A DNA stretch of 64,000 nt from Acidimicrobiia bacterium (GTDB taxonomy: Bacteria > Actinomycetota > Acidimicrobiia > UBA2766): the NCBI GenBank assembly GCA_046331095.1, contig JAXLRM010000008.1, positions 69,074 to 133,073 on the forward strand. Direction: 5' to 3'. The position numbers were made by a program, and so were the translations under genes. The notes beneath the pieces were generated by a model, which ran no database searches, was not told the origin of the DNA, and saw only the letters and a program-made list of their open reading frames with translations. Shown here piece after piece: positions 1 to 9,824 of this stretch (positions are counted from its first letter, which is position 1; every line of letters starts with the position of its first letter).

Positions 1-612
1 ATCGCCCTCCAACGTGCGGGGGTTCAACGCGTCTGGCCCTACGTCCCCCTCGGTGTCTGGATCTGGTACACAACGTTGCTCGCCGGTGTGCACCCCGCGA
101 TCGCCGGCGTCGTCGTCGGGGTGCTCACCCCCGTGGGGCCGCTACGGGGCGGCGACGACGTCATGACCCGCATCGAGGAACGACTGCACCCTTTGACGAG
201 CTTCGTCGTCGTCCCCGTCTTCGCGCTCGCGAGCGCCGGAGTGGCGCTGTCCGCGACCGCCGTCGTCGAAGCGCTGCGGGCGCCGGTGTTCTGGGGCGTC
301 TTCTGCGGCCTCGTGGTCGGCAAACCCATCGGCGTCTCCCTCACCACCTGGATCACCGCCCGCACCGGTGCCGGCTCGCCCGGACCTGGCGCGTCGGTGG
401 CAGCGATCGCGTGGGCGTCGCCCCTCGCGGGTATCGGATTCACGGTCGCGATCTTCATCGCGACCCTTGCCCTGCCGGACGCCCAACTGCTCGGGCACGC
501 ACTCATCGCGATCCTGTCGGCGTCGGTGGTCGCCGCCGTGGTCGGCTCCGTCTCCCTCGGGGTCCGTGCGCGGAGCACGCTCGGACAGGGGCTCGGAAAA
601 GACTCGACCTAA
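1..612 (+). CDS. nhaA: Na+/H+ antiporter NhaA, C-terminal part (5' end truncated by window edge)
   Basis: Frame 1 is open from nt 1. The translation IALQRAGVQRVWPYVPLGVWIWYTTLLAGVHPAIAGVVVG...LAGIGFTVAIFIATLAL matches the conserved NhaA C-terminal helices. Stop at 610-612. Confidence 0.8.
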   Translation: MALQRAGVQRVWPYVPLGVWIWYTTLLAGVHPAIAGVVVGVLTPVGPLRGGDDVMTRIEERLHPLTSFVVVPVFALASAGVALSATAVVEALRAPVFWGVFCGLVVGKPIGVSLTTWITARTGAGSPGPGASVAAIAWASPLAGIGFTVAIFIATLALPDAQLLGHALIAILSASVVAAVVGSVSLGVRARSTLGQGLGKDST

Positions 613-650
613 AGCTCAGGTCGAGGTCTGGTCGTGCCGATCAGGACCAC

Positions 651-1550
651 ATGACCGAGGCAGAATTCCAGGAATGCACCGCGACCGCCCGGCCTGCCAG
701 ACCGCTGCGATCGGCGCGTGCGACGCCACGACTAGCCGTCGTCGACTGCCATGGGCGCACGCGCTTCGTCGCCCTCCCGGCGGGCGAGACCACGGTCGGC
801 CGTGATCGACGCTGCGGTGTGGTCCTCGACGACCGGTCCGTATCGCGGCGACACTGCGCCATCGGCGTGTCGCACGCGAGAGTGACGCTCGCCGACCTCG
901 GCTCGCGCAACGGCACCTACCTCGACGACCGCGCCTTGGACCCGCACGCTCCGGAGCCTCTCGAAGCGGGGGCCGTGATCGAGGCCGGGACCTTCTTCCT
1001 CAAGTACGTCCCCGACGGCGTCGCGGACTCCTACCTGCACTTGCGTGTCGCCGGGTTCTCCGTGCGAGACGGGCTCACCGGCCTCGCCAACCGAACCGGC
1101 TTCGACGCCGCACTCGACGCCGCGTGCGCTCGGGCCACCACGGGCGATCGTACGTTCGCGCTCGTGCTGTGCGACATCGACGGCTTCAAGGCCGCGAACG
1201 ACAGGCACGGCCATGCAGCGGGGGACGCGGTCCTGCGCGATGTGGCAGGCATCCTTCAGGCGCACACCCGCGACGACGACGCCGTGTGCCGCTACGGCGG
1301 CGACGAGTTCGCGATACTGCTCCCGCGATCCGACCTCGCGGGTGGACACCGCACCGCCGAACGTCTCCGCGCGGCCCTCGAAGCAGGGGCGTCCACGAGG
1401 GAGCCACGCGCAACGGCTTCGTTCGGCGTCGCTGCTTGGTCGCCGGGCACCGCGACACCCGACGCGTTGGTGAGGACCGCCGACGAGAGGCTCTACGCAG
1501 CGAAAGCCGCCGGACGCAACCGTGTGGTCAGCGGCCTCACGCGCCGGTGA
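651..1550 (+). CDS. FHA domain-containing diguanylate cyclase (FHA-GGDEF)
   Basis: ATG at 651 follows the nhaA stop. The N-terminal FHA region is TTVGRDRRCGVVLDDRSVSRRHCAI...GSRNGTYL. The C-terminal GGDEF domain has an intact YGGDEFAIL motif. Confidence 0.85.
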   Translation: MTEAEFQECTATARPARPLRSARATPRLAVVDCHGRTRFVALPAGETTVGRDRRCGVVLDDRSVSRRHCAIGVSHARVTLADLGSRNGTYLDDRALDPHAPEPLEAGAVIEAGTFFLKYVPDGVADSYLHLRVAGFSVRDGLTGLANRTGFDAALDAACARATTGDRTFALVLCDIDGFKAANDRHGHAAGDAVLRDVAGILQAHTRDDDAVCRYGGDEFAILLPRSDLAGGHRTAERLRAALEAGASTREPRATASFGVAAWSPGTATPDALVRTADERLYAAKAAGRNRVVSGLTRR

Positions 1551-2205
1551 AGAGCCGGCGCACCTCGTCCTCGGAGTCGGGTGTCACGAGCGCGAGGACC
1601 TCGTCGCCGGCCTCGAAGACGGTGTCGCCGTGGGGGACCACGACGTGATCGTCGCGGATTATGGCCACGAACGTCGAGTCCTTGGGGCGACCGACATCGC
1701 GTACGCTGCGCTCGACCACGGGCGCGTCGAGGGCGAGCTTGATCTCGACGAGCTGAGCCTGGCCACCTTCGAGTTGTAGGAGACGCACGAGCGTCCCGAC
1801 GGTCACGGCCTCTTCCACGAACGCGGTGATCAGATGCGGCGTCGACACGGCGACGTCGACACCCCAGGTCTCGTTGAAGAGCCACTCGTTCTTGGGGTGG
1901 TTCACGCGTGCGATCACGCGCTCGACGGCGAACTCCTGCTTCGCGAGAAGCGACACGACGAGGTTGTCCTCGTCGTCTCCGGTGGCAGCGACGAGGACGT
2001 CGACCGTTCCGAGCTGCGCCTCGCGCAACGACGACACCTCGCACACGTCGGCCTGGATCCACGTGACACTCGCATGCGTGCGTTCCTGCTGGCGTGCGAG
2101 CACCATCGGATCCTGCTCGAGGAGGAGGACGTCGTGGCCGTTCTCGGCAAGGTCGTTGGCGATGAAGAGGCCGACGTTGCCGGCACCGGCGATCGCGATG
2201 CGCAT
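1537..2205 (-). CDS. trkA: Trk system potassium uptake protein TrkA (NAD-binding, CeoC-like)
   Basis: MRIAIAGAGNVGLFIANDL Rossmann motif and a full TrkA-N/TrkA-C architecture (222 aa). Its start overlaps the stop of the upstream trkA paralog. Confidence 0.85.
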   Translation of the reverse strand: MRIAIAGAGNVGLFIANDLAENGHDVLLLEQDPMVLARQQERTHASVTWIQADVCEVSSLREAQLGTVDVLVAATGDDEDNLVVSLLAKQEFAVERVIARVNHPKNEWLFNETWGVDVAVSTPHLITAFVEEAVTVGTLVRLLQLEGGQAQLVEIKLALDAPVVERSVRDVGRPKDSTFVAIIRDDHVVVPHGDTVFEAGDEVLALVTPDSEDEVRRLFTGA

Positions 2206-2873
2206 CAGATGCCCCCACCCGCGGCGCCCGCGTCGAGCTGGGCGCGAAGATCGGCGATACTGTCGAGGTTCGCCATGAAGTGAAGCCTGTCGCCCTCCTG
2301 GCCCACGACCTTGTCGGCGGTGAGGTGCGCCTCTCCGAGGCGGGTGATCCCGACGAGCCAGTAGCGGCCTGGTACGTCGAACACCTCGAGTGGCTTGCCC
2401 GCCCACGCGTCGGGAAGCGCCATCTCGACCACGCCGATGCGTCCGGACGGATCGATCCAGTCGGCGTGGTGTTCGCCGGGCATGAGACGACGCAGCATCT
2501 GGTCGGTGGTCCACGCCACCGTCGCGACCGTCGTGATCCCGAGACGCTCGTAGATGACCGCGCGGCGCGGGTCGTAGATGCGGGCGGCGACATTGTCGAC
2601 CTGGAACGTCTCGCGGGCCACCCGCGCGGTGAGGATGTTCGAGTTGTCGCCGTTGGTGACCGCCGCGAGCGCACCGGCGTCCTCGACGCCGGCCTCGACG
2701 AGCGTGTCCCTGTCGAAGCCGTAGCCCACGATCGCGCGGCCCCCGTACTCGGAGGGGAGACGCCTGAACGCGTTGCGGTTCTTGTCGACGACGGCGACGC
2801 TGTGGCCCTCGCGTTCGAGGTGCCCGGCAAGCTCGCTGCCCACTCGGCCACACCCGACGATGACTATGTGCAC
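2205..2873 (-). CDS. trkA: Trk system potassium uptake protein TrkA (CeoB-like paralog)
   Basis: MHIVIVGCGRVGSELAGHL Rossmann motif, 222 aa. It lies in tandem with the second trkA, as ceoB/ceoC do in mycobacteria. Confidence 0.85.
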   Translation of the reverse strand: MHIVIVGCGRVGSELAGHLEREGHSVAVVDKNRNAFRRLPSEYGGRAIVGYGFDRDTLVEAGVEDAGALAAVTNGDNSNILTARVARETFQVDNVAARIYDPRRAVIYERLGITTVATVAWTTDQMLRRLMPGEHHADWIDPSGRIGVVEMALPDAWAGKPLEVFDVPGRYWLVGITRLGEAHLTADKVVGQEGDRLHFMANLDSIADLRAQLDAGAAGGGI

Positions 2874-2993
2874 GGCCCCCTCGGTTCCTGAATCGGGAGA
2901 GGCGTCAATCTACTCACCCATGCCGTCGACCTCCGCCACCGAGATCTACCCTGGGGACCCGGTTGCGCGGTCCCCCAGGCTGCGGGACGCATC

Positions 2994-5399
2994 GTGGAGG
3001 GTTCGTTGCAGACCACAGACGAGAGCTCCGGGGCGGTACAGGCACGCGTGCAGGCCTCCGGCTCCGCACCGCAGCTACCTCCCATGGTCGACGCACCCGA
3101 GTCGACGTCGTACCGGATCAAGCGACGTCTCCTCGGCAAACCCCTCCACACCGACCAGCTCAAGCACGAGCGCCTCGGCAAGCCGACGGCGCTCGCTGTC
3201 TTCGCGTCAGACTGCGTCTCGTCGGCGTCCTACGCGACCGAGGAGATCCTCCACGTCCTCGTCCCGGCGGTCGGTCTCCTCGCGTTCTCGATCGTGGTGC
3301 CGGTCACGGTCGCGATGCTCGTCGTCCTGTTCTTCCTGATCCTGAGCTACCGCCAGACGATCAAGGAGTATCCCAGCGCCGGCGGCGCCTACATCGTCAC
3401 CAAGGACAACTTCGGCCCCATCCCCGCCCAGGTCGCCGGTGTCGCCCTCCTGACCGACTACATCCTCACGGTCGCGGTGTCGGTGTCGGCAGGCGCCGCC
3501 GCGCTCGCGTCCGCCTTCCCCGTGCTCGAGGACTGGGTCGTGCCCCTCGCTCTGGTCTTCATCCTGTTGGTGGCCTTCGGGAACCTGCGCGGCGTCAAGG
3601 AGTCGGGCGTCGTCTTCGCGATCCCCACCTACTTCTTCATCGCCAACGTCCTCATCATGGTGGCGGTGGGCGTCTACAAGGACCTCGTCGTCGGCCTCCC
3701 GCTCCAATCGGACTCGGTCGTGGGCGGCCACAACGTCGTCGAGTTCGGCGCCGCCAACGCGCTCGCCGGCTTCGCACTCGCCTACGTGGTCCTGCACGCG
3801 TTCGCGTCCGGTGGCGCCGCCGTCACCGGTGTCGAGGCGATCAGCAACGGCGTGCCCGCCTTCAAGCCGCCCGAGTGGAAGAACGCCCGCACGACCCTGG
3901 TGATCATGGGCGTCAGCCTCGGCACGCTCTTCCTCGGCATCTCGTGGCTCGCCCACGTGATGCAGGTGGCGCCCTACGAGGACGGAACACCCACGGTCAT
4001 CTCCGAGATCGGGCGCCTCGTGTACGGGACGAGCGGGCTCGGTCAAGTGCTCTTCTACAGCCTCCAAGCGGGGACGATGCTGATCCTCGTGCTGGCCGCC
4101 AACACGAGCTTCGCCGACTTCCCGCGCCTCGCCGCATTCGCCGCCGGCGACTACTTCATGCCCAGGCAGCTCACCAAGCGGGGCCACCGCCTCGTGTTCA
4201 GCAACGGGATCGTCCTGCTTTCCACCCTCGGTGGCCTGCTCGTGATCGCCACGGGCGCCGAGGTGACGAAGCTGATCCCGCTCTACGCGATCGGGGTGTT
4301 CGCGAGCTTCACGCTGAGCCAGGCCGGCATGACACGCCACCACATCCGCAAGAAGGAACCGGGCTGGCGCCGCGGAGTCGCCGTCAACGGCTTCGGGGCG
4401 TTCCTCAGCTTCATCGTCTGCATCGTGATCGCGGTGACCAAGTTCCTAGACGGCGCCTACCTGATCCTGATCCTCGTACCGATCCTCGTTTTCGTGCTGT
4501 TGCGGTTGAACCGCCAGTACGAGGGCGAGGTCGAGGTCCTCGAAGAGGACGCGGCAGCGGCAGCCGAGGCGCCGATCCTGCCGCGTCACACGGTGCTCGT
4601 ACTCGTCGACAAGATCAGCAAGTCCACGGCGCGGGCGATCCAGTACGCACGCACGCTCACGCCCGACGAGCTGCGCGCCGTCCACGTCGCCGCCGACCCC
4701 GACTTCGCCGACCACCTTGCCCAGCAGTGGTCGGAGCTCGCCCTGAGCCGCATGCCGCTGGAGCTGCTCGCGTGTCCCGACCGGCGCATCGACCGCGCCG
4801 TCCTCGAACTGGTCCTCGAGGAGGTCGCCGACGGCGAGACCGAGGTCTCGCTCCTCGTGCCGCGGCGCGAGTACAGCCGGCTCTGGCACCGGCTCCTGCA
4901 CGACCGCACGTCCAACAACATCGCCCGTGCGATCGCACGCGTCCCGCACGCCAACGTGACGTTCGTGCCGTTCCACTTCGAGGACTTCGACCGCGACGGC
5001 CGCCCCGACCCGGTCCCGATCAAGGTGCAGGCGACACTGGCGACGCGCAGCCCCACCCGGCAGGCTCGGCGCGCGCGCAAGGACGGTGCCGGCGCCACCG
5101 GCACCGCCGCGACCGAGGCAGCGGGCGGGCTGACGCGGGTAGCCGACATCGTCTGGCGCGACCGCGTCAGGGTGGCCGGCGAGGTACAGGCGATGCGCGT
5201 GCGGCCCTGGCGCCAGAGCGCCTACCTGGAGCTGACCCTCGAGGACGGCACCGGGCGACTCCTCGTGGTCTTCTTCGGACGGCGCCGCATCCCCGGCATC
5301 CACGTCGGCACGTGCATGACCGTCGAGGGCACCGTCGGTGAGCACAGAGGCCATCTCGCGGTCGTCAACCCCGCGTACGAGATCACACTCGAGGACTGA
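2994..5399 (+). CDS. APC-superfamily permease with a C-terminal cytoplasmic extension (USP-like region plus OB-fold-like domain), copy 1
   Basis: About 12 TM helices with APC-like conserved blocks (KPTALAVFASDCVSSASYATEEIL, SYRQTIKEYPSAGGAYIVTKDNFG). A roughly 300-aa soluble tail ends in an OB-fold-like segment (VWRDRVRVAGEVQAMRVRPWRQSAYLELTLEDGTGRLLVVFFGRR...). The start is uncertain; an alternative Met lies about 3084. Confidence 0.75.
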   Translation: MEGSLQTTDESSGAVQARVQASGSAPQLPPMVDAPESTSYRIKRRLLGKPLHTDQLKHERLGKPTALAVFASDCVSSASYATEEILHVLVPAVGLLAFSIVVPVTVAMLVVLFFLILSYRQTIKEYPSAGGAYIVTKDNFGPIPAQVAGVALLTDYILTVAVSVSAGAAALASAFPVLEDWVVPLALVFILLVAFGNLRGVKESGVVFAIPTYFFIANVLIMVAVGVYKDLVVGLPLQSDSVVGGHNVVEFGAANALAGFALAYVVLHAFASGGAAVTGVEAISNGVPAFKPPEWKNARTTLVIMGVSLGTLFLGISWLAHVMQVAPYEDGTPTVISEIGRLVYGTSGLGQVLFYSLQAGTMLILVLAANTSFADFPRLAAFAAGDYFMPRQLTKRGHRLVFSNGIVLLSTLGGLLVIATGAEVTKLIPLYAIGVFASFTLSQAGMTRHHIRKKEPGWRRGVAVNGFGAFLSFIVCIVIAVTKFLDGAYLILILVPILVFVLLRLNRQYEGEVEVLEEDAAAAAEAPILPRHTVLVLVDKISKSTARAIQYARTLTPDELRAVHVAADPDFADHLAQQWSELALSRMPLELLACPDRRIDRAVLELVLEEVADGETEVSLLVPRREYSRLWHRLLHDRTSNNIARAIARVPHANVTFVPFHFEDFDRDGRPDPVPIKVQATLATRSPTRQARRARKDGAGATGTAATEAAGGLTRVADIVWRDRVRVAGEVQAMRVRPWRQSAYLELTLEDGTGRLLVVFFGRRRIPGIHVGTCMTVEGTVGEHRGHLAVVNPAYEITLED

Positions 5400-5535
5400 G
5401 GCGCAACCGGACACCTGCCTCGGCGTGCGTCGGCACCTACACGACCCGACCCGGAACGGGCGGCGCGGTTCGCAGCCGGGACCGGCTTGCGGGGGACAGA
5501 CCGCCGCGGCTTAGGCTCGGCCGACCAGAGCCGGC

Positions 5536-7926
5536 GTGGCTCCGAGGCCGCAGGGCCCGCCAGGGAGGATCCGCGTGCAGACAGCATCACGCGTCGAAGC
5601 CGACGCGGGCGAGGCCGGTGCCCCGCGGGCGAGGGCGATACCCGCCGTCCCCGAGCCGGCGACGTTCCGGCTGAAACGCAAGCTCCTCGGGCCGCCGCTG
5701 CACACCGACCAGCTCGTGCACGAGCGTCTCGGCAAGCCGACGGCGCTCGCCGTGTTCGCGTCGGACTGCATGTCGTCCTCCGCCTACGCGACCGAGGAGA
5801 TCCTGCGGGTGCTCGTGCCCGCCGTGGGACTGATGGCGTTCTCGCTCGTGGTGCCGGTCACGGTCGCGATGCTCGTCGTCCTGTTCTTCCTGATCCTGAG
5901 CTACCGCCAGACGATCAAGGAGTACCCCAGCGCCGGCGGCGCCTACATCGTCACCAAGGACAACTTCGGCATCCTGCCCGCACAGGTCGCCGGCGTGGCG
6001 CTGCTCACCGACTACATCCTCACCGTCGCCGTCTCGACCGCGGCCGGCACGGCTGCCCTCGTGTCGGCGTTTCCCGCCCTCGACGGCCTCCGGGTCCCGA
6101 TCTGTCTCGGCTTCATCCTCGTGATCGCGTTCGGGAACCTACGCGGCGTCAAGGAGTCGGGGGCGATCTTCGCCGTACCGACCTACTTCTTCCTCGCGGT
6201 GATGGCCTTGATGCTGGTGGCGGGAGCCGTCCGCTACTTCACCACCGGCCTGCCGAGCTTCGACGGCGGCGAGGGCGTGCTCACCTCGGGCGGATCCCTG
6301 CTAACGGGCTTCGCCCTCGTGTACGTCGTCCTCCACGCTTTCGCGTCCGGCGGCGCGGCGGTCACCGGCGTCGAGGCGATCAGCAATGGCGTACCCGCCT
6401 TCAAGCCGCCCGAGTGGAAGAACGCGCGCACGACGCTGATGATCATGGGTGCCTGCCTCGGGACGCTCTTCCTCGGCCTCTCGTGGCTCGCGTCGCAGAT
6501 GCACGTCGAGCCGTACGCGGAGGGGACGCCGACGGTGATCGCATCGGTCGGCAAGCTCGTCTTCGGGGAGTCGCCGCTCGGTCACGTGATGTTCTTCGCG
6601 TTGCAGGCCGGAACGATGCTGATCCTGGTCCTCGCCGCGAACACGAGCTACGCCGACTTCCCCCGCCTCGCGAGCTTCCACGCGGGCGACTACTTCATGC
6701 CGAAACAGCTCACCAAGCGCGGCCACCGCCTCGTCTACAGCAACGGGATCCTGTTCCTGTCGGTGACCGCCGGGATCCTCGTCCTCGTCACGGGCGCCGT
6801 CGTCGACCGGCTCATCCCGCTGTACGCGATCGGAGTGTTCACGAGCTTCACCCTGAGCCAGGCCGGCATGGCTCGCCACCACTGGCGCAAGCGCGAGAAG
6901 GGCTGGCGCGGCGGCATCGTCATCAACGGGATCGGGGCGGCACTGTGCTTCGTGGTGCTGATCATCATCGGCGTCACGAAGTTCCTCCACGGAGCATGGC
7001 TCGTCATCGTGCTAGTTCCGGCCCTCGTGCTCCTGCTGACGCGGCTCAACCGCCAGTACACCGGCGAGATCGACGTGCTCGAGGCCGACGCCAAGGCGGC
7101 CACCGAGGCGCCCATCCTCGCCAAGCACACGGTCCTGGTGCTCGTCGACGACATCAGCCGCTCCACCGCACGCGCGGTCCAGTTCGCACGGAGCATGACT
7201 CCCGACGAGATCCGCGGGCTCCACGTGGCCGTCGACGTGGACGATGCCCGCGAACTCGCCCGCGAGTGGTCCGAGCTGTCGCTGTCGCGCATGCCCCTCG
7301 AACTCGTCGACTGTCCCGACCGCCGCATCGATCGCGCCGTGCTCGAGGTCGTGCTCGAGGAGACCGCTGAGGGCGACACCGAGGTGTCGGTGCTCATCCC
7401 GCGCCGCGAGTACAGCCGGCTCTGGCACCGGCTCCTGCACGACCGTACGTCCGACAACATCGCCCGCGCGATCGCACGCGTGCCCCACGCAAACGCGACG
7501 TTCGTCCCCTTCCTCTTCGACGAGGCCACCGCCCCATCTGCGCCGGTATCCGAGCTCCCCGAGCTCGCCACGGCTTCGCCCGAGCGTGCCGCAAGGGGGG
7601 CCAAGGCGGCGGCCAGGGCAGCGGCGAGACTCTCCGAAGGGGAGTCACCCGATCCCGCGACCCCGATCCGCGACGTCACGTGGCGCAGCCGTGTGAGAGT
7701 CGAGGGTCGCGTGCAGTCGATGCGGGTGCGTCCGCTGCGCCAGACGCCGTACCTCGAGCTGACCGTCGAGGACGACACCGGGCGGCTACTCGTGGTGTTC
7801 TCCGGCCGGCGCAACATCTCCGGGGTCGACGTCGGGACACGCATGACCGTCGAGGGCACGGTCGGGGTGCACCGCGACCATCTCGCGATCCTCAACCCCG
7901 TGTACTCACTCCACGCGGCGCATTAG
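5536..7926 (+). CDS. APC-superfamily permease with a C-terminal USP-like/OB-fold extension, copy 2 (tandem paralog)
   Basis: About 80% identical to copy 1 over the membrane domain, including identical nucleotide tracts. It has the same C-terminal architecture. The start is uncertain. Confidence 0.75.
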   Translation: MAPRPQGPPGRIRVQTASRVEADAGEAGAPRARAIPAVPEPATFRLKRKLLGPPLHTDQLVHERLGKPTALAVFASDCMSSSAYATEEILRVLVPAVGLMAFSLVVPVTVAMLVVLFFLILSYRQTIKEYPSAGGAYIVTKDNFGILPAQVAGVALLTDYILTVAVSTAAGTAALVSAFPALDGLRVPICLGFILVIAFGNLRGVKESGAIFAVPTYFFLAVMALMLVAGAVRYFTTGLPSFDGGEGVLTSGGSLLTGFALVYVVLHAFASGGAAVTGVEAISNGVPAFKPPEWKNARTTLMIMGACLGTLFLGLSWLASQMHVEPYAEGTPTVIASVGKLVFGESPLGHVMFFALQAGTMLILVLAANTSYADFPRLASFHAGDYFMPKQLTKRGHRLVYSNGILFLSVTAGILVLVTGAVVDRLIPLYAIGVFTSFTLSQAGMARHHWRKREKGWRGGIVINGIGAALCFVVLIIIGVTKFLHGAWLVIVLVPALVLLLTRLNRQYTGEIDVLEADAKAATEAPILAKHTVLVLVDDISRSTARAVQFARSMTPDEIRGLHVAVDVDDARELAREWSELSLSRMPLELVDCPDRRIDRAVLEVVLEETAEGDTEVSVLIPRREYSRLWHRLLHDRTSDNIARAIARVPHANATFVPFLFDEATAPSAPVSELPELATASPERAARGAKAAARAAARLSEGESPDPATPIRDVTWRSRVRVEGRVQSMRVRPLRQTPYLELTVEDDTGRLLVVFSGRRNISGVDVGTRMTVEGTVGVHRDHLAILNPVYSLHAAH

Positions 7927-7929
7927 AGA

Positions 7930-8976
7930 GTGGACCTCGACGCGCTCGACGCGCTCCTGACGGCGGAGGTGGACACTCTGGAGGCGGCGGCGCCGTCCGA
8001 CCCTGCCTTCGCCGGGTTCTTCGGTGAACTTCGCGACTTCCTCACCGCGGGAGGCAAACGTCTGCGGCCGCAGTTCCTGTGGTGCGGCTTCCGCGCCGCA
8101 GGAGGCGACCCGGGCGCGAGCGATGCCGTCCTGCCGGCGGCTGCCGCTGTGGAGCTCGTGCACGCCTGCGCCCTGATCCACGACGACGTGATGGACTCCT
8201 CGCCCTTGCGGCGCAACCGGCCGACGGCTCACGAGACGTTCGCCGCGGCTCACCTCGAGTCGGGTTGGGCAGGCGACCCGCGCCACTTCGGGCTGTCCGC
8301 TGCGATCATGCTGGGCGACCTCGCGCTCGTCGTCGCCGACGACCTGTTCGTGCGCAGCGACGTCGGGGCGGAAGGGCTCGCCGCCGCGTTCGTGGAGTTC
8401 ACACGGATGCGGGTCGAGGTCGTGGAGGGCCAGTACCTCGATCTCGTCGACGGCAACCGCGCCCAGGGCGACACGACGACAGCCCTGCACGTGGCATCGC
8501 TCAAGACGGCCAAGTACACCGTCGAGCGACCATTGCGCGTGGGCGCCTGTCTCGCAGGTGCCGATGCCGCCGTGCTCGAGGGACTGTCGGACTTCGGCGA
8601 GCCACTCGGGATCGCTTTCCAGCTCCGTGACGACCTCCTCGGCGCCTTCGGTGACGAGGCCGCGACCGGCAAGCCGGCAGGCATCGACTTCCGCGAAGGC
8701 AAGCACACCTACCTCGTCGCACTCGCCCGCGAGGTCGCGACGCCCGAGCAGAAGACGATCCTGGACGCGTGCCTCGGCAAGGCCGACCTCGACCCGGCGG
8801 GAGTCGATGCGGTCCGCGGCGTCCTCGTCACGACCGGCGCCGTCGTCGCCGCGGAAGCCCGCATCGACGCCCTCGCCGCTCAGGCACTCGGCGTGCTGGC
8901 CCGCCTCGGGGCTCCGGCCGACGTAGAAGCGGCCCTCGCCGACCTCGCCCATCGCTGCGTCCACCGCGCGTTCTGA
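7930..8976 (+). CDS. idsA: Polyprenyl diphosphate synthase (geranylgeranyl/farnesyl diphosphate synthase family)
   Basis: Both aspartate-rich motifs of trans-prenyltransferases are present: LIHDDVMD (DDxxD, first motif) and FQLRDDLLG (second motif). GTG start at 7930. Confidence 0.85.
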   Translation: MDLDALDALLTAEVDTLEAAAPSDPAFAGFFGELRDFLTAGGKRLRPQFLWCGFRAAGGDPGASDAVLPAAAAVELVHACALIHDDVMDSSPLRRNRPTAHETFAAAHLESGWAGDPRHFGLSAAIMLGDLALVVADDLFVRSDVGAEGLAAAFVEFTRMRVEVVEGQYLDLVDGNRAQGDTTTALHVASLKTAKYTVERPLRVGACLAGADAAVLEGLSDFGEPLGIAFQLRDDLLGAFGDEAATGKPAGIDFREGKHTYLVALAREVATPEQKTILDACLGKADLDPAGVDAVRGVLVTTGAVVAAEARIDALAAQALGVLARLGAPADVEAALADLAHRCVHRAF

Positions 8977-9042
8977 AGGGCGCTCGGCGCTTCCTGCGAC
9001 GGGCCGGAGACGTTCGGGGGTTCGCAACGCCGCAGTCTTTGC

Positions 9043-9753
9043 TTGAATAGGTGTCTCATGAAGCGAAAACCGAACGGGAACGACTGGCTCGTCATGGGCG
9101 GAGCGCTCCTGTGGGTCGTCGCGTTCTTCCTGCCCTGGTATCACACGACCACCCCGACGCTGTCACAACAGATCGGAGGCGACGTCGCCGGCGGCCTTCG
9201 CTGGATCCTCTTCGTCCTCGCCTTGGCCGCTCTCGCTCTCGGCGTGATCGTCTCCTTCGACCTCGTCGAGGTGCACCTCGGGGTGTCCAACGGCCTGCTC
9301 CTGATGCTTGCAGGCGCGCTGTTGTCGATCGGCACACTCGTCTACGCGGTCTGGCCCCCAACGGGCTCGTCGTTCTCGTACGGGGTGTGGCTCAGCCTGC
9401 TCGGGGGCCTCGCCATCACCTACGGCGGGTTCGCTGCCCACAATGCCGAGGCGTCCAACCCGCACGCGGCCACGTCACGCCCGGATCTGCGCTGGACACC
9501 GCAGCCGCCTGCCCCGTCGACCGACGCCCACGACCGCGACACCACCTCGGTGGACACGAACCCGACCGCGTCCTCGCACCACAGGATCCCCTCGCGTCCA
9601 CCACACACCCCTGTGCCCACACGCTCCCCCGAGACGCCGACCGCCCCGCCGTCACAACCGACTACCTCGGAGACCCCCAAGCAGCCCGACCATCCCGGCT
9701 ACGGACACGGCCACGGCCGCGGCTACGGAGGCGGACGCGGCGAGGGCTGGTAG
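9043..9753 (+). CDS. Hypothetical membrane protein with a Pro/Thr-rich C-terminal tail
   Basis: Four predicted TM helices followed by a low-complexity P/T/S-rich tail ending GYGHGHGRGYGGGRGEGW. The start may be the Met at about 9058. Confidence 0.5.
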   Translation: MNRCLMKRKPNGNDWLVMGGALLWVVAFFLPWYHTTTPTLSQQIGGDVAGGLRWILFVLALAALALGVIVSFDLVEVHLGVSNGLLLMLAGALLSIGTLVYAVWPPTGSSFSYGVWLSLLGGLAITYGGFAAHNAEASNPHAATSRPDLRWTPQPPAPSTDAHDRDTTSVDTNPTASSHHRIPSRPPHTPVPTRSPETPTAPPSQPTTSETPKQPDHPGYGHGHGRGYGGGRGEGW

Positions 9754-9824
9754 CCACGAGAAGATCACAAGGATCGAGTCACTGCTGCCGTTGAGCCTTC
9801 GGCCCGTGACCCGGGCGCATGGCC

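Noticed and set aside
1493-2851. 452-aa ORF 1493..2851 (-) spanning both trkA genes.
   Set aside because: It is an off-frame ORF with low-complexity S/T/R/P composition. The trkA frames carry Rossmann GxGxxG motifs and the correct length.
2963-7370. Long alternative-frame ORFs (2963..5341, 5487..7370, 3207..4343 -, 6301..6990 -, 6735..7895 -) overlapping the two permease genes.
   Set aside because: They have the Arg/Pro/Gly-rich low-complexity composition typical of off-frame translation of 70%-GC coding DNA. The permease frames show clear TM periodicity and conserved motifs.
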